Below are positions 55,170 to 64,000 of a stretch of DNA of 64,000 nt, in pieces. Numbering within the stretch: position 1 is the first letter of the stretch; each line of letters starts with the position of its first letter. Made by a program: the position numbers and the translations under genes. Source of the DNA: Escherichia coli (GTDB lineage Bacteria; Pseudomonadota; Gammaproteobacteria; Enterobacterales; Enterobacteriaceae); the NCBI RefSeq assembly GCF_030013205.1, contig NZ_CP122648.1; one strand, written 5' to 3'. Under the pieces are notes generated by a model. The model saw only the letters and a program-made list of their open reading frames with translations, searched no databases and had not been told where the DNA came from.

Positions 55170-55291
55170 CCTCTTCGGCCCAGCGCCTGGCAGCATGCTG
55201 CCAGGTGATCCCCCTGGGCCACCTCTTTTGCGATTGTAATTTCACGCTTGCTGGTGAATAGTCAGTATTTTCCCTGACTTGCGAACTCACC

Positions 55292-55942
55292 ATGACCCGC
55301 ACACTCAAGCCGTTAATTCTTAACACCGGCGCACTGGCGCTAACGTTAATCCTGATTTATACCGGCATTTCGGCCCGTGACAAACTCACCTGGCTGATGG
55401 AAGTGACACCGGTGATTATTGTCGTGCCGCTACTGCTTGCCACCGCTAAACGTTATCCGTTAACGCCGCTGCTCTATACGCTCATTTTCTTTCACGCCAT
55501 CATCCTGATGGTCGGCGGACAATACACCTACGCGAAAGTCCCCGTTGGTTTTGAGGTGCAGGAATGGCTGGGGTTGAGCCGTAATCCGTATGACAAACTG
55601 GGGCATTTTTTCCAGGGGCTGGTGCCTGCACTGGTGGCACGAGAGATCCTTGTGCGCGGGATGTACGTTCGCGGACATAAGATGGTGGTGTTTCTGGTCT
55701 GCTGCGTGGCGCTGGCGATAAGCGCGATGTATGAATTAATCGAGTGGTGGGCGGCGCTGGCAATGGGCCAGGGAGCGGATGATTTTCTCGGCACCCAGGG
55801 CGACCAGTGGGACACGCAATCCGATATGTTCTGCGCGCTGCTTGGCGCATTAACGACGGTGATATTCCTCGCTCGCTTTCATTGCCGCCAGCTACGGCGC
55901 TTTGGCTTAATCACCAGAGCGCCGGAAGCGATTACCCCTTAA
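55292..55942 (+). CDS. yjdF: inner-membrane protein YjdF
   Basis: 216-aa multi-TM ORF; stop overlaps melA stop on opposite strand. Confidence 0.8.
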   Translation: MTRTLKPLILNTGALALTLILIYTGISARDKLTWLMEVTPVIIVVPLLLATAKRYPLTPLLYTLIFFHAIILMVGGQYTYAKVPVGFEVQEWLGLSRNPYDKLGHFFQGLVPALVAREILVRGMYVRGHKMVVFLVCCVALAISAMYELIEWWAALAMGQGADDFLGTQGDQWDTQSDMFCALLGALTTVIFLARFHCRQLRRFGLITRAPEAITP

Positions 55943-57294
55943 CGGTGCAACCAGCCAGGCAGCCAGTCGCCGTGGGCAGCAATCAAGTCGTCAACAAGAG
56001 CATATATTTCGTCAATGCCCAGCACGGCGGCAGTATGCGGGTCCATCATCGCGGCGTGGTAAACACGGTCGCGATTTTCCGTAAGAATGGCTTCGGTCAG
56101 CAGCGTCTGTACGTTGATGTTGGTTTGCATCAGGGCGGCCAGATGCGAAGGTAGCGTACCGACTTTGGTCGGCTGAATGCCATTAGCATCAACCAGACAG
56201 GCCACTTCCACACAACATCCTTGTGGCAGGTTATCAATCAATCCATCGTTACGGACGTTGCCGTAAATCACACTCGGCTCGCCAGTCCAGATAGCGTTCA
56301 TGATTGTGCTGGCATATTCCCGTGACGGTTTAATATCAATCCGGGAGGCGTTTTTATACTCCTCCAGCTCTTTATGCCAGTTCGCCAGCTGCTCGACGCA
56401 GCGTTTCGGGTACTCATCCAGCGGTACTTTATAACGCTCAATCAAATCCTCACGACCTGGCTTAATAAACCACGGTGTGTACTCAGCAAAATGTTCTGAC
56501 GATTCCGTGACGAAGTAGCCCAGCTTTTTGAACATTTCGTAGCGCACAATATTCTGGCAGCGAGTATTGCCATGAATATTCGGCTTCGGTGCCTGCCCTG
56601 CTTCATAAGCCGCCAGCAGTTCCGGGTAGAGATTCACGTAACTGCCGTCGGCGGTTTTGCGCTCCAGTTCCAGGTAAAACGCCATATGGTTGATACCTGC
56701 ACAACGGTAACGCAGCGTAGACGGGTCGATATTGAGGTCACGCGCCAGCTCTTCCGCCGTTCCCTGCACCGAATGGCACAGCCCTACCTGTTTGATATGC
56801 GGATAGCGGGCATACATCGCCCAGGTATTCATCGCCATTGGGTTAACATAGTTGAGCATGGTGGCATCGGGGCAGACTTCCGTCATGTCCTCGCAAATTT
56901 GCCACAGATGCGGAATGGTACGTAGCGCGCGCATAATACCGCCCGGCCCCAACGTATCGGCAATGGTTTGTTCCAGACCATGCCGCTTACAGACCTCGAA
57001 ATCAGTCACCGTGCAAGGTTCATAACCGCCAATCTGAAATGCCACCACGACAAAATCAGCATCCTGTAAGGCTTCTTTCTGTTGGGTGTGGCAGGTGATT
57101 TTGCCGCTGGCCCCTGCTGAATCCATCAGCTTACGCACCACAATGTGCGACTCTTCCAGGCGGGTGGGATCAATGTCCATCAGGGCAATATGCGCCGTTT
57201 TCAGCGCCTCGCGATGGAACACATCACCAAGAATATTTTTAACGAAAATCGTCGAACCAGCGCCGATAAATGTAATTTTGGGTGCAGACATCAT
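55939..57294 (-). CDS. melA: alpha-galactosidase (NAD/Mn-dependent, GH4)
   Basis: 451 aa; N-terminal Rossmann motif GAGSTIF. Confidence 0.95.
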   Translation of the reverse strand: MMSAPKITFIGAGSTIFVKNILGDVFHREALKTAHIALMDIDPTRLEESHIVVRKLMDSAGASGKITCHTQQKEALQDADFVVVAFQIGGYEPCTVTDFEVCKRHGLEQTIADTLGPGGIMRALRTIPHLWQICEDMTEVCPDATMLNYVNPMAMNTWAMYARYPHIKQVGLCHSVQGTAEELARDLNIDPSTLRYRCAGINHMAFYLELERKTADGSYVNLYPELLAAYEAGQAPKPNIHGNTRCQNIVRYEMFKKLGYFVTESSEHFAEYTPWFIKPGREDLIERYKVPLDEYPKRCVEQLANWHKELEEYKNASRIDIKPSREYASTIMNAIWTGEPSVIYGNVRNDGLIDNLPQGCCVEVACLVDANGIQPTKVGTLPSHLAALMQTNINVQTLLTEAILTENRDRVYHAAMMDPHTAAVLGIDEIYALVDDLIAAHGDWLPGWLHR

Positions 57295-57372
57295 GCAGAT
57301 CTCCTGGCTTGCTTGAATAACTTCATCATGGCAGGCGAATCTGCAGAAAACCTCCGGCTTCCAGGTTGAGCA

Positions 57373-57426
57373 TTCCCATAAACTCAGATCCTACGTGAAG
57401 CAGCAGTAAATCTGAGTTTATGGGAA
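57373..57426. promoter_or_regulatory. 17-bp perfect inverted repeat in melA-melR divergent intergenic region (candidate operator)
   Basis: ttcccataaactcagat ... atctgagtttatgggaa separated by 20 bp. Confidence 0.4.
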
Positions 57427-57576
57427 TAAATTACCTGAAAAGCAGAGTTTTCGGCCTCAGAATGCTCGGACGGTCCCCTCGCCTCTCTGGGAAGAGAGTG
57501 AAAACCGTGCTCCCACTCGCAGTCATCCTCCCTCACTCCTGCCATAATTCTGATATTCCAGGAAAGAGAGCCATCC

Positions 57577-58485
57577 ATGAATAAAGATACGTTTATGTGC
57601 AGTAGCGACGAAAAACAGACCCGCAGCCCGCTATCGCTGTATTCGGAATACCAGCGGATGGAGATTGAGTTTCGCGCACCGCATATCATGCCCACCAGCC
57701 ACTGGCATGGTCAGGTCGAAGTGAATGTGCCTTTCGATGGCGATGTGGAATACCTGATCAACAATGAAAAAGTGAATATCAATCAGGGTCATATCACGCT
57801 GTTCTGGGCCTGTACACCGCACCAACTAACAGATACCGGAACCTGTCAGAGCATGGCGATTTTTAATCTGCCGATGCATCTGTTTCTCTCCTGGCCGCTG
57901 GATAAAGACCTGATTAACCACGTCACTCACGGTATGGTGATCAAATCACTGGCGACACAGCAACTTAGCCCGTTTGAAGTGCGCCGCTGGCAGCAGGAAT
58001 TGAACAGTCCGAACGAGCAAATTCGCCAGCTCGCCATTGATGAAATTGGCCTGATGCTCAAGCGATTTAGCCTCTCTGGCTGGGAACCGATTCTGGTCAA
58101 TAAAACCTCGCGCACACACAAAAACAGCGTCTCGCGCCATGCGCAATTTTATGTCAGCCAGATGCTGGGCTTTATTGCCGAAAACTATGATCAGGCGCTG
58201 ACCATCAACGATGTGGCTGAGCACGTCAAACTTAACGCCAACTATGCAATGGGGATATTCCAGCGGGTCATGCAATTGACGATGAAACAGTACATAACCG
58301 CGATGCGCATCAACCACGTTCGCGCGTTACTGAGCGATACCGATAAAAGTATTCTCGATATTGCCCTGACGGCAGGCTTTCGTTCAAGTAGTCGTTTTTA
58401 CAGCACGTTCGGCAAATATGTCGGCATGTCGCCGCAACAATACCGCAAACTTAGCCAACAGCGCCGCCAGACGTTTCCCGGCTAA
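57577..58485 (+). CDS. melR: AraC-family melibiose operon regulator MelR
   Basis: 302 aa; C-terminal AraC-type HTH. Confidence 0.95.
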   Translation: MNKDTFMCSSDEKQTRSPLSLYSEYQRMEIEFRAPHIMPTSHWHGQVEVNVPFDGDVEYLINNEKVNINQGHITLFWACTPHQLTDTGTCQSMAIFNLPMHLFLSWPLDKDLINHVTHGMVIKSLATQQLSPFEVRRWQQELNSPNEQIRQLAIDEIGLMLKRFSLSGWEPILVNKTSRTHKNSVSRHAQFYVSQMLGFIAENYDQALTINDVAEHVKLNANYAMGIFQRVMQLTMKQYITAMRINHVRALLSDTDKSILDIALTAGFRSSSRFYSTFGKYVGMSPQQYRKLSQQRRQTFPG

Positions 58486-58683
58486 AGACGATATCAGTAT
58501 CAGCCAAAAAAATAGTTTAGCCGTCGATAATAAGCAGTGAGAATAATTTAAAATAATCACATAACCTATTGTTTATAAAAACAAATATTTTAAAAATGTT
58601 TGTTTTTCACGCGCTTTACAGCCCGAAAAGGCCGGAAGATACTTGCCCGCAACGAAGATTCCTTCATAACCGGGTAAGCAATG

Positions 58684-60951
58684 ATGAAAGTATTAATTGT
58701 TGAAAGCGAGTTTCTCCATCAAGACACCTGGGTCGGTAACGCCGTTGAGCGTCTGGCTGATGCTTTAAGCCAGCAAAATGTTACCGTGATTAAATCCACC
58801 TCCTTTGATGATGGTTTTGCCATTCTCTCTTCAAACGAAGCCATTGACTGCCTGATGTTCAGCTATCAAATGGAACATCCGGACGAACATCAAAACGTCA
58901 GACAATTGATCGGTAAGCTTCATGAGCGCCAACAAAACGTGCCGGTCTTCCTGTTGGGCGATCGGGAAAAAGCCCTCGCCGCAATGGACCGGGATCTGCT
59001 GGAGCTTGTCGATGAATTCGCCTGGATTCTGGAAGATACCGCCGACTTTATCGCCGGACGCGCCGTTGCCGCGATGACCCGCTACCGCCAGCAACTGTTA
59101 CCGCCACTGTTCAGCGCGCTGATGAAATATAGCGACATCCATGAATATTCCTGGGCAGCGCCAGGCCACCAGGGTGGCGTTGGTTTTACCAAAACACCCG
59201 CCGGACGTTTCTACCATGACTACTATGGTGAAAACCTGTTCCGCACCGACATGGGCATCGAACGAACTTCCCTCGGTTCTTTGCTTGACCATACTGGCGC
59301 ATTTGGCGAAAGCGAAAAATATGCCGCACGCGTATTTGGTGCCGATCGCTCCTGGTCGGTAGTCGTCGGTACTTCCGGCTCTAACCGCACCATCATGCAG
59401 GCTTGCATGACCGATAACGATGTCGTGGTCGTTGACCGTAACTGCCATAAATCCATCGAACAAGGCTTGATGCTGACAGGCGCGAAACCGGTCTACATGG
59501 TGCCAAGCCGCAACCGCTACGGCATTATCGGGCCAATCTATCCGCAGGAAATGCAACCTGAAACCTTGCAGAAGAAAATCAGTGAAAGCCCGCTGACCAA
59601 AGACAAAGCCGGGCAAAAACCGTCTTACTGCGTGGTGACCAACTGTACCTATGACGGCGTGTGTTATAACGCGAAAGAAGCGCAGGATCTGCTGAAAAAA
59701 ACCTCCGATCGTCTGCACTTTGACGAAGCCTGGTACGGCTATGCACGTTTCAACCCGATCTATGCCGATCACTATGCCATGCGCGGCGAACCTGGCGATC
59801 ACAACGGTCCTACCGTTTTCGCCACCCACTCCACCCACAAACTGCTGAATGCACTGTCACAGGCCTCTTATATTCATGTACGTGAAGGTCGTGGGGCGAT
59901 TAACTTCTCCCGCTTCAACCAGGCCTACATGATGCATGCCACCACCTCCCCGCTGTATGCCATCTGCGCATCCAACGACGTGGCAGTGTCGATGATGGAC
60001 GGCAACAGCGGCCTGTCACTGACGCAGGAAGTGATCGACGAAGCGGTTGATTTCCGTCAGGCGATGGCGCGGCTGTATAAAGAGTTCACCGCTGACGGTA
60101 GCTGGTTCTTCAAACCGTGGAACAAAGAAGTCGTCACCGACCCACAAACCGGCAAAACCTATGACTTTGCTGACGCACCAACTAAACTGCTGACCACCGT
60201 TCAGGACTGCTGGGTCATGCATCCGGGCGAAAGCTGGCACGGCTTCAAAGATATTCCGGATAACTGGAGTATGCTCGACCCGATTAAAGTCAGCATCCTT
60301 GCTCCGGGAATGGGTGAAGATGGTGAACTGGAAGAAACCGGTGTTCCGGCGGCGCTGGTCACAGCCTGGCTTGGTCGCCACGGCATTGTGCCTACCCGTA
60401 CCACTGACTTCCAGATTATGTTCCTGTTCTCTATGGGCGTGACCCGTGGGAAATGGGGGACTCTGGTTAACACCCTTTGCTCCTTCAAACGCCACTATGA
60501 CGCCAACACCCCGCTGGCGCAGGTGATGCCGGAACTTGTTGAACAATATCCTGACACTTACGCGAACATGGGGATTCACGATCTGGGTGACACCATGTTT
60601 GCCTGGCTGAAAGAAAACAACCCTGGCGCACGGTTGAACGAAGCCTATTCCGGCCTGCCGGTGGCGGAAATCACCCCACGTGAAGCGTACAACGCGATTG
60701 TCGACAACAATGTCGAACTGGTATCCATTGAAAATCTGCCAGGACGCATCGCGGCAAACTCAGTTATCCCGTATCCGCCAGGAATCCCGATGCTGCTGTC
60801 TGGTGAAAACTTCGGCGATAAAAACAGTCCGCAAGTAAGTTATTTACGCTCGCTGCAATCCTGGGACCATCATTTCCCTGGGTTTGAACACGAAACAGAA
60901 GGGACAGAAATTATTGACGGTATTTACCACGTTATGTGTGTGAAAGCGTAA
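58684..60951 (+). CDS. adiA: biodegradative arginine decarboxylase AdiA
   Basis: 755 aa from second ATG (MKVLIVESEF...); CadA paralogue. Confidence 0.95.
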   Translation: MKVLIVESEFLHQDTWVGNAVERLADALSQQNVTVIKSTSFDDGFAILSSNEAIDCLMFSYQMEHPDEHQNVRQLIGKLHERQQNVPVFLLGDREKALAAMDRDLLELVDEFAWILEDTADFIAGRAVAAMTRYRQQLLPPLFSALMKYSDIHEYSWAAPGHQGGVGFTKTPAGRFYHDYYGENLFRTDMGIERTSLGSLLDHTGAFGESEKYAARVFGADRSWSVVVGTSGSNRTIMQACMTDNDVVVVDRNCHKSIEQGLMLTGAKPVYMVPSRNRYGIIGPIYPQEMQPETLQKKISESPLTKDKAGQKPSYCVVTNCTYDGVCYNAKEAQDLLKKTSDRLHFDEAWYGYARFNPIYADHYAMRGEPGDHNGPTVFATHSTHKLLNALSQASYIHVREGRGAINFSRFNQAYMMHATTSPLYAICASNDVAVSMMDGNSGLSLTQEVIDEAVDFRQAMARLYKEFTADGSWFFKPWNKEVVTDPQTGKTYDFADAPTKLLTTVQDCWVMHPGESWHGFKDIPDNWSMLDPIKVSILAPGMGEDGELEETGVPAALVTAWLGRHGIVPTRTTDFQIMFLFSMGVTRGKWGTLVNTLCSFKRHYDANTPLAQVMPELVEQYPDTYANMGIHDLGDTMFAWLKENNPGARLNEAYSGLPVAEITPREAYNAIVDNNVELVSIENLPGRIAANSVIPYPPGIPMLLSGENFGDKNSPQVSYLRSLQSWDHHFPGFEHETEGTEIIDGIYHVMCVKA

Positions 60952-61068
60952 CCACTATTCCGCTGAAGGCGTAATTGTTAAATAACATTACGCCGCCTGG
61001 CTTAAGGCCTTTTAAGTATGGCAACGTTTTCATAAAAATTGCTGCAAACAAAAAATGTCATGCTTTTT

Positions 61069-61096
61069 GCGCGGTCCCACCCCGCGCTTTTTTTTG
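61069..61096 (+). terminator. rho-independent terminator after adiA
   Basis: gcgcgg-tcccacc-ccgcgc followed by T9. Confidence 0.55.
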
Positions 61097-61286
61097 CCTG
61101 TTATTTATCCTTTTTTTAGCCTGTAAAAAAATATGTACATGAGAAATTACTATAAAAATTTGTAATATTAGTAAAACTCGTTATTTTTATGCATGTTTAT
61201 ATTCATCATACAATTATATAACCATTTCCCGGTATCGCTTTGCTTTAGCGAGAACTGGTCTTTTATTCGCACTCAGGAGTACATGT

Positions 61287-62048
61287 ATGAGGATTTGCAG
61301 CGACCAACCTTGTATTGTTTTATTGACTGAAAAAGATGTCTGGATAAGGGTGAATGGGAAAGAACCTATTAGCCTTAAAGCTAACCATATGGCGTTATTA
61401 AATTGTGAAAATAATATTATCGACGTCTCCTCTCTTAATAACACTTTGGTTGCTCATATTAGTCACGACATCATCAAAGATTACCTCCGGTTTCTGAATA
61501 AAGATCTCTCGCAAATACCAGTATGGCAACGTAGCGCTACGCCCATCCTCACTCTGCCATGCCTGACGCCAGACGTCTTTCGCGTTGCCGCGCAACACAG
61601 CATGATGCCCGCTGAAACTGAGTCAGAAAAGGAACGAACACGTGCATTATTATTCACTGTGCTATCCCGTTTTCTCGACAGTAAAAAATTCCTTTCACTA
61701 ATGATGTATATGTTACGTAATTGTGTAAGTGACAGCGTTTATCAAATTATTGAAAGCGATATCCACAAAGACTGGAATCTTAGTATGGTAGCCAGTTGTT
61801 TATGTCTTAGCCCGAGTCTGTTAAAGAAAAAGCTGAAAAGCGAAAACACCAGTTATAGCCAAATAATCACCACCTGCCGCATGCGTTATGCCGTAAATGA
61901 ATTAATGATGGACGGTAAAAATATCTCTCAGGTATCACAGTCCTGCGGCTACAACAGTACGTCGTACTTTATTTCTGTCTTTAAAGACTTCTACGGTATG
62001 ACGCCTCTGCATTATGTTAGTCAGCACAGAGAACGCACTGTCGCCTGA
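61287..62048 (+). CDS. adiY: AraC-family regulator AdiY
   Basis: 253 aa; AT-rich gene; C-terminal AraC HTH. Confidence 0.9.
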   Translation: MRICSDQPCIVLLTEKDVWIRVNGKEPISLKANHMALLNCENNIIDVSSLNNTLVAHISHDIIKDYLRFLNKDLSQIPVWQRSATPILTLPCLTPDVFRVAAQHSMMPAETESEKERTRALLFTVLSRFLDSKKFLSLMMYMLRNCVSDSVYQIIESDIHKDWNLSMVASCLCLSPSLLKKKLKSENTSYSQIITTCRMRYAVNELMMDGKNISQVSQSCGYNSTSYFISVFKDFYGMTPLHYVSQHRERTVA

Positions 62049-62184
62049 TTTTTAACCTTAACGAAGAGCTATATTAATAACGGCATCAGCGATAACCTGG
62101 TCGATAATAATTCAACTATCGAATGCAGGCGTATGATATGACGTAATTTATTGTCACGAAGCTCGCCTTCGCAGGAGTTTAATT

Positions 62185-63522
62185 ATGTCTTCGGATGCTG
62201 ATGCTCACAAAGTGGGCTTAATCCCCGTCACCCTGATGGTGTCGGGGAATATTATGGGGTCAGGTGTTTTTCTGTTACCTGCAAACCTGGCCTCCACTGG
62301 CGGGATTGCCATTTATGGATGGTTGGTGACGATTATCGGTGCGCTGGGGCTCTCGATGGTATACGCCAAAATGTCGTTCCTCGACCCAAGTCCTGGTGGT
62401 TCTTACGCTTACGCCCGCCGCTGCTTTGGCCCGTTTCTCGGTTATCAAACCAACGTCCTCTATTGGCTGGCCTGCTGGATCGGCAATATCGCCATGGTGG
62501 TCATTGGCGTAGGTTATTTAAGTTACTTCTTCCCGATTCTGAAAGATCCATTGGTATTAACCATCACCTGCGTCGTGGTGCTGTGGATCTTCGTCCTGCT
62601 GAATATTGTCGGTCCGAAAATGATCACCCGCGTGCAGGCCGTTGCCACCGTGCTGGCGCTGATCCCCATCGTCGGGATTGCCGTATTTGGCTGGTTCTGG
62701 TTCCGTGGTGAAACCTATATGGCGGCATGGAACGTCAGCGGCCTGGGCACCTTCGGCGCGATTCAAAGTACCCTTAACGTTACGCTGTGGTCGTTCATCG
62801 GTGTGGAAAGTGCCTCCGTTGCCGCAGGTGTGGTGAAAAACCCGAAACGCAACGTCCCTATAGCCACCATTGGTGGGGTATTGATTGCCGCCGTTTGCTA
62901 TGTGCTCTCCACCACCGCGATTATGGGGATGATCCCTAATGCCGCACTGCGCGTTTCTGCCTCGCCATTCGGTGATGCCGCACGGATGGCGTTGGGTGAC
63001 ACCGCCGGGGCCATTGTTTCCTTCTGCGCAGCTGCGGGTTGCTTAGGTTCACTGGGCGGCTGGACATTGCTGGCGGGTCAAACGGCGAAAGCCGCTGCCG
63101 ATGACGGACTGTTCCCACCAATTTTTGCCCGTGTTAATAAAGCGGGTACACCAGTGGCGGGGCTGATTATCGTCGGTATTTTGATGACCATCTTCCAGCT
63201 CAGCAGCATTTCACCAAACGCGACCAAAGAGTTCGGTCTGGTTTCTTCCGTCTCGGTCATCTTTACACTGGTGCCATATCTTTACACCTGTGCGGCGTTA
63301 CTGCTGCTCGGCCACGGTCACTTTGGTAAAGCACGCCCGGCATATCTGGCAGTTACTACCATTGCCTTCCTCTACTGCATCTGGGCCGTGGTGGGGTCCG
63401 GGGCGAAAGAGGTTATGTGGTCATTTGTCACCCTGATGGTCATCACCGCCATGTATGCGCTGAATTACAACCGGCTGCATAAAAACCCGTATCCCTTAGA
63501 TGCACCAATAAGCAAAGATTAA
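62185..63522 (+). CDS. adiC: arginine:agmatine antiporter AdiC
   Basis: 445-aa APC transporter, paralogous to CadB. Confidence 0.95.
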
Positions 63523-63546
63523 TTCCCCTTAATCCAGCAAACATAA

Positions 63547-63585
63547 AAGCCAACCTTAAGAACTTAAGGTTGGCTTAATTTTGCT
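63547..63585 (+). terminator. rho-independent terminator after adiC
   Basis: 14-bp stem aagccaaccttaag/cttaaggttggctt followed by T-rich tract. Confidence 0.55.
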
Positions 63586-63625
63586 TTGCGAGCATATGCG
63601 CACTTTGTTCGATGGAAACACCGTG

Positions 63626-64000
63626 ATGTTGAAGCGCCTACTAAAAAGACCCTCTTTGAATTTACTCGCCTGGCTATTGTTGGCCGCTTTTTATATCTCT
63701 ATCTGCCTGAATATTGCCTTTTTTAAACAGGTGTTACAGGCGCTGCCGCTGGACTCGCTGCATAACGTACTGGTTTTCTTGTCGATGCCGGTCGTCGCTT
63801 TCAGCGTGATTAATATTGTCCTGACACTAAGCTCTTTCTTATGGCTTAATCGACCGCTGGCCTGCCTGTTTATTCTGGTCGGCGCGGCTGCACAATATTT
63901 CATAATGACTTACGGCATCGTCATCGACCGCTCGATGATTGCCAATATTATTGATACCACTCCGGCAGAAAGTTATGCGTTGATGACGCCACAAATGTTA
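63626..64000 (+). CDS. eptA: phosphoethanolamine transferase EptA, N-terminal part (3' end outside window)
   Basis: ATG 63626 (MLKRLLKRPSLNLLAWLLLAAFYISICL...), N-terminal TM helices; open to window end. Confidence 0.85.
   Translation, partial: MLKRLLKRPSLNLLAWLLLAAFYISICLNIAFFKQVLQALPLDSLHNVLVFLSMPVVAFSVINIVLTLSSFLWLNRPLACLFILVGAAAQYFIMTYGIVIDRSMIANIIDTTPAESYALMTPQML

Noticed and set aside
59098-59838. 246-aa ORF antisense to adiA
   Set aside because: Shadow ORF within a confidently assigned gene.

Overview
Escherichia coli-type chromosomal segment, in inverse orientation to the K-12 map, running yjeH(partial)-fxsA-aspA-dcuA-cutA-dsbD-yjdC-pheU ... cadC-cadB-cadA-dtpC-lysU-ghoST-yjdJ-yjdI-dcuSR-dcuB-fumB-yjdF-melA-melR-adiA-adiY-adiC-eptA(partial). 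The conserved backbone is interrupted at tRNA-Phe (pheU) by a ~31 kb integrative island (about 7197-38298) bounded by the tRNA 3' end and a 22-nt duplicate of it. The island carries a P4-type integrase, IS66/IS4 debris, and a compact anti-phage cluster: a nucleotidyltransferase plus multi-TM pair (CBASS-like), a four-gene QatABCD operon, and an unassignable 400-aa Cys-cluster protein containing a 9-bp x14 in-frame tandem repeat. It also carries a P4/CP4-57-like core (AlpA, DUF3987, YfjJ-family) and a CP4-44-like accessory block (YeeP GTPase, antigen 43 with its three-GATC switch, antirestriction, RadC, CbeA/CbtA). Downstream of the duplicate tRNA end lies a deleted integrase remnant. melB is absent, with melA and yjdF stop codons overlapping. 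All gene identities are from reading the translations and from recalled family knowledge; no database search was run. The most likely novel candidate is the 400-aa repeat protein upstream of qatA, followed by the nucleotidyltransferase/multi-TM pair.
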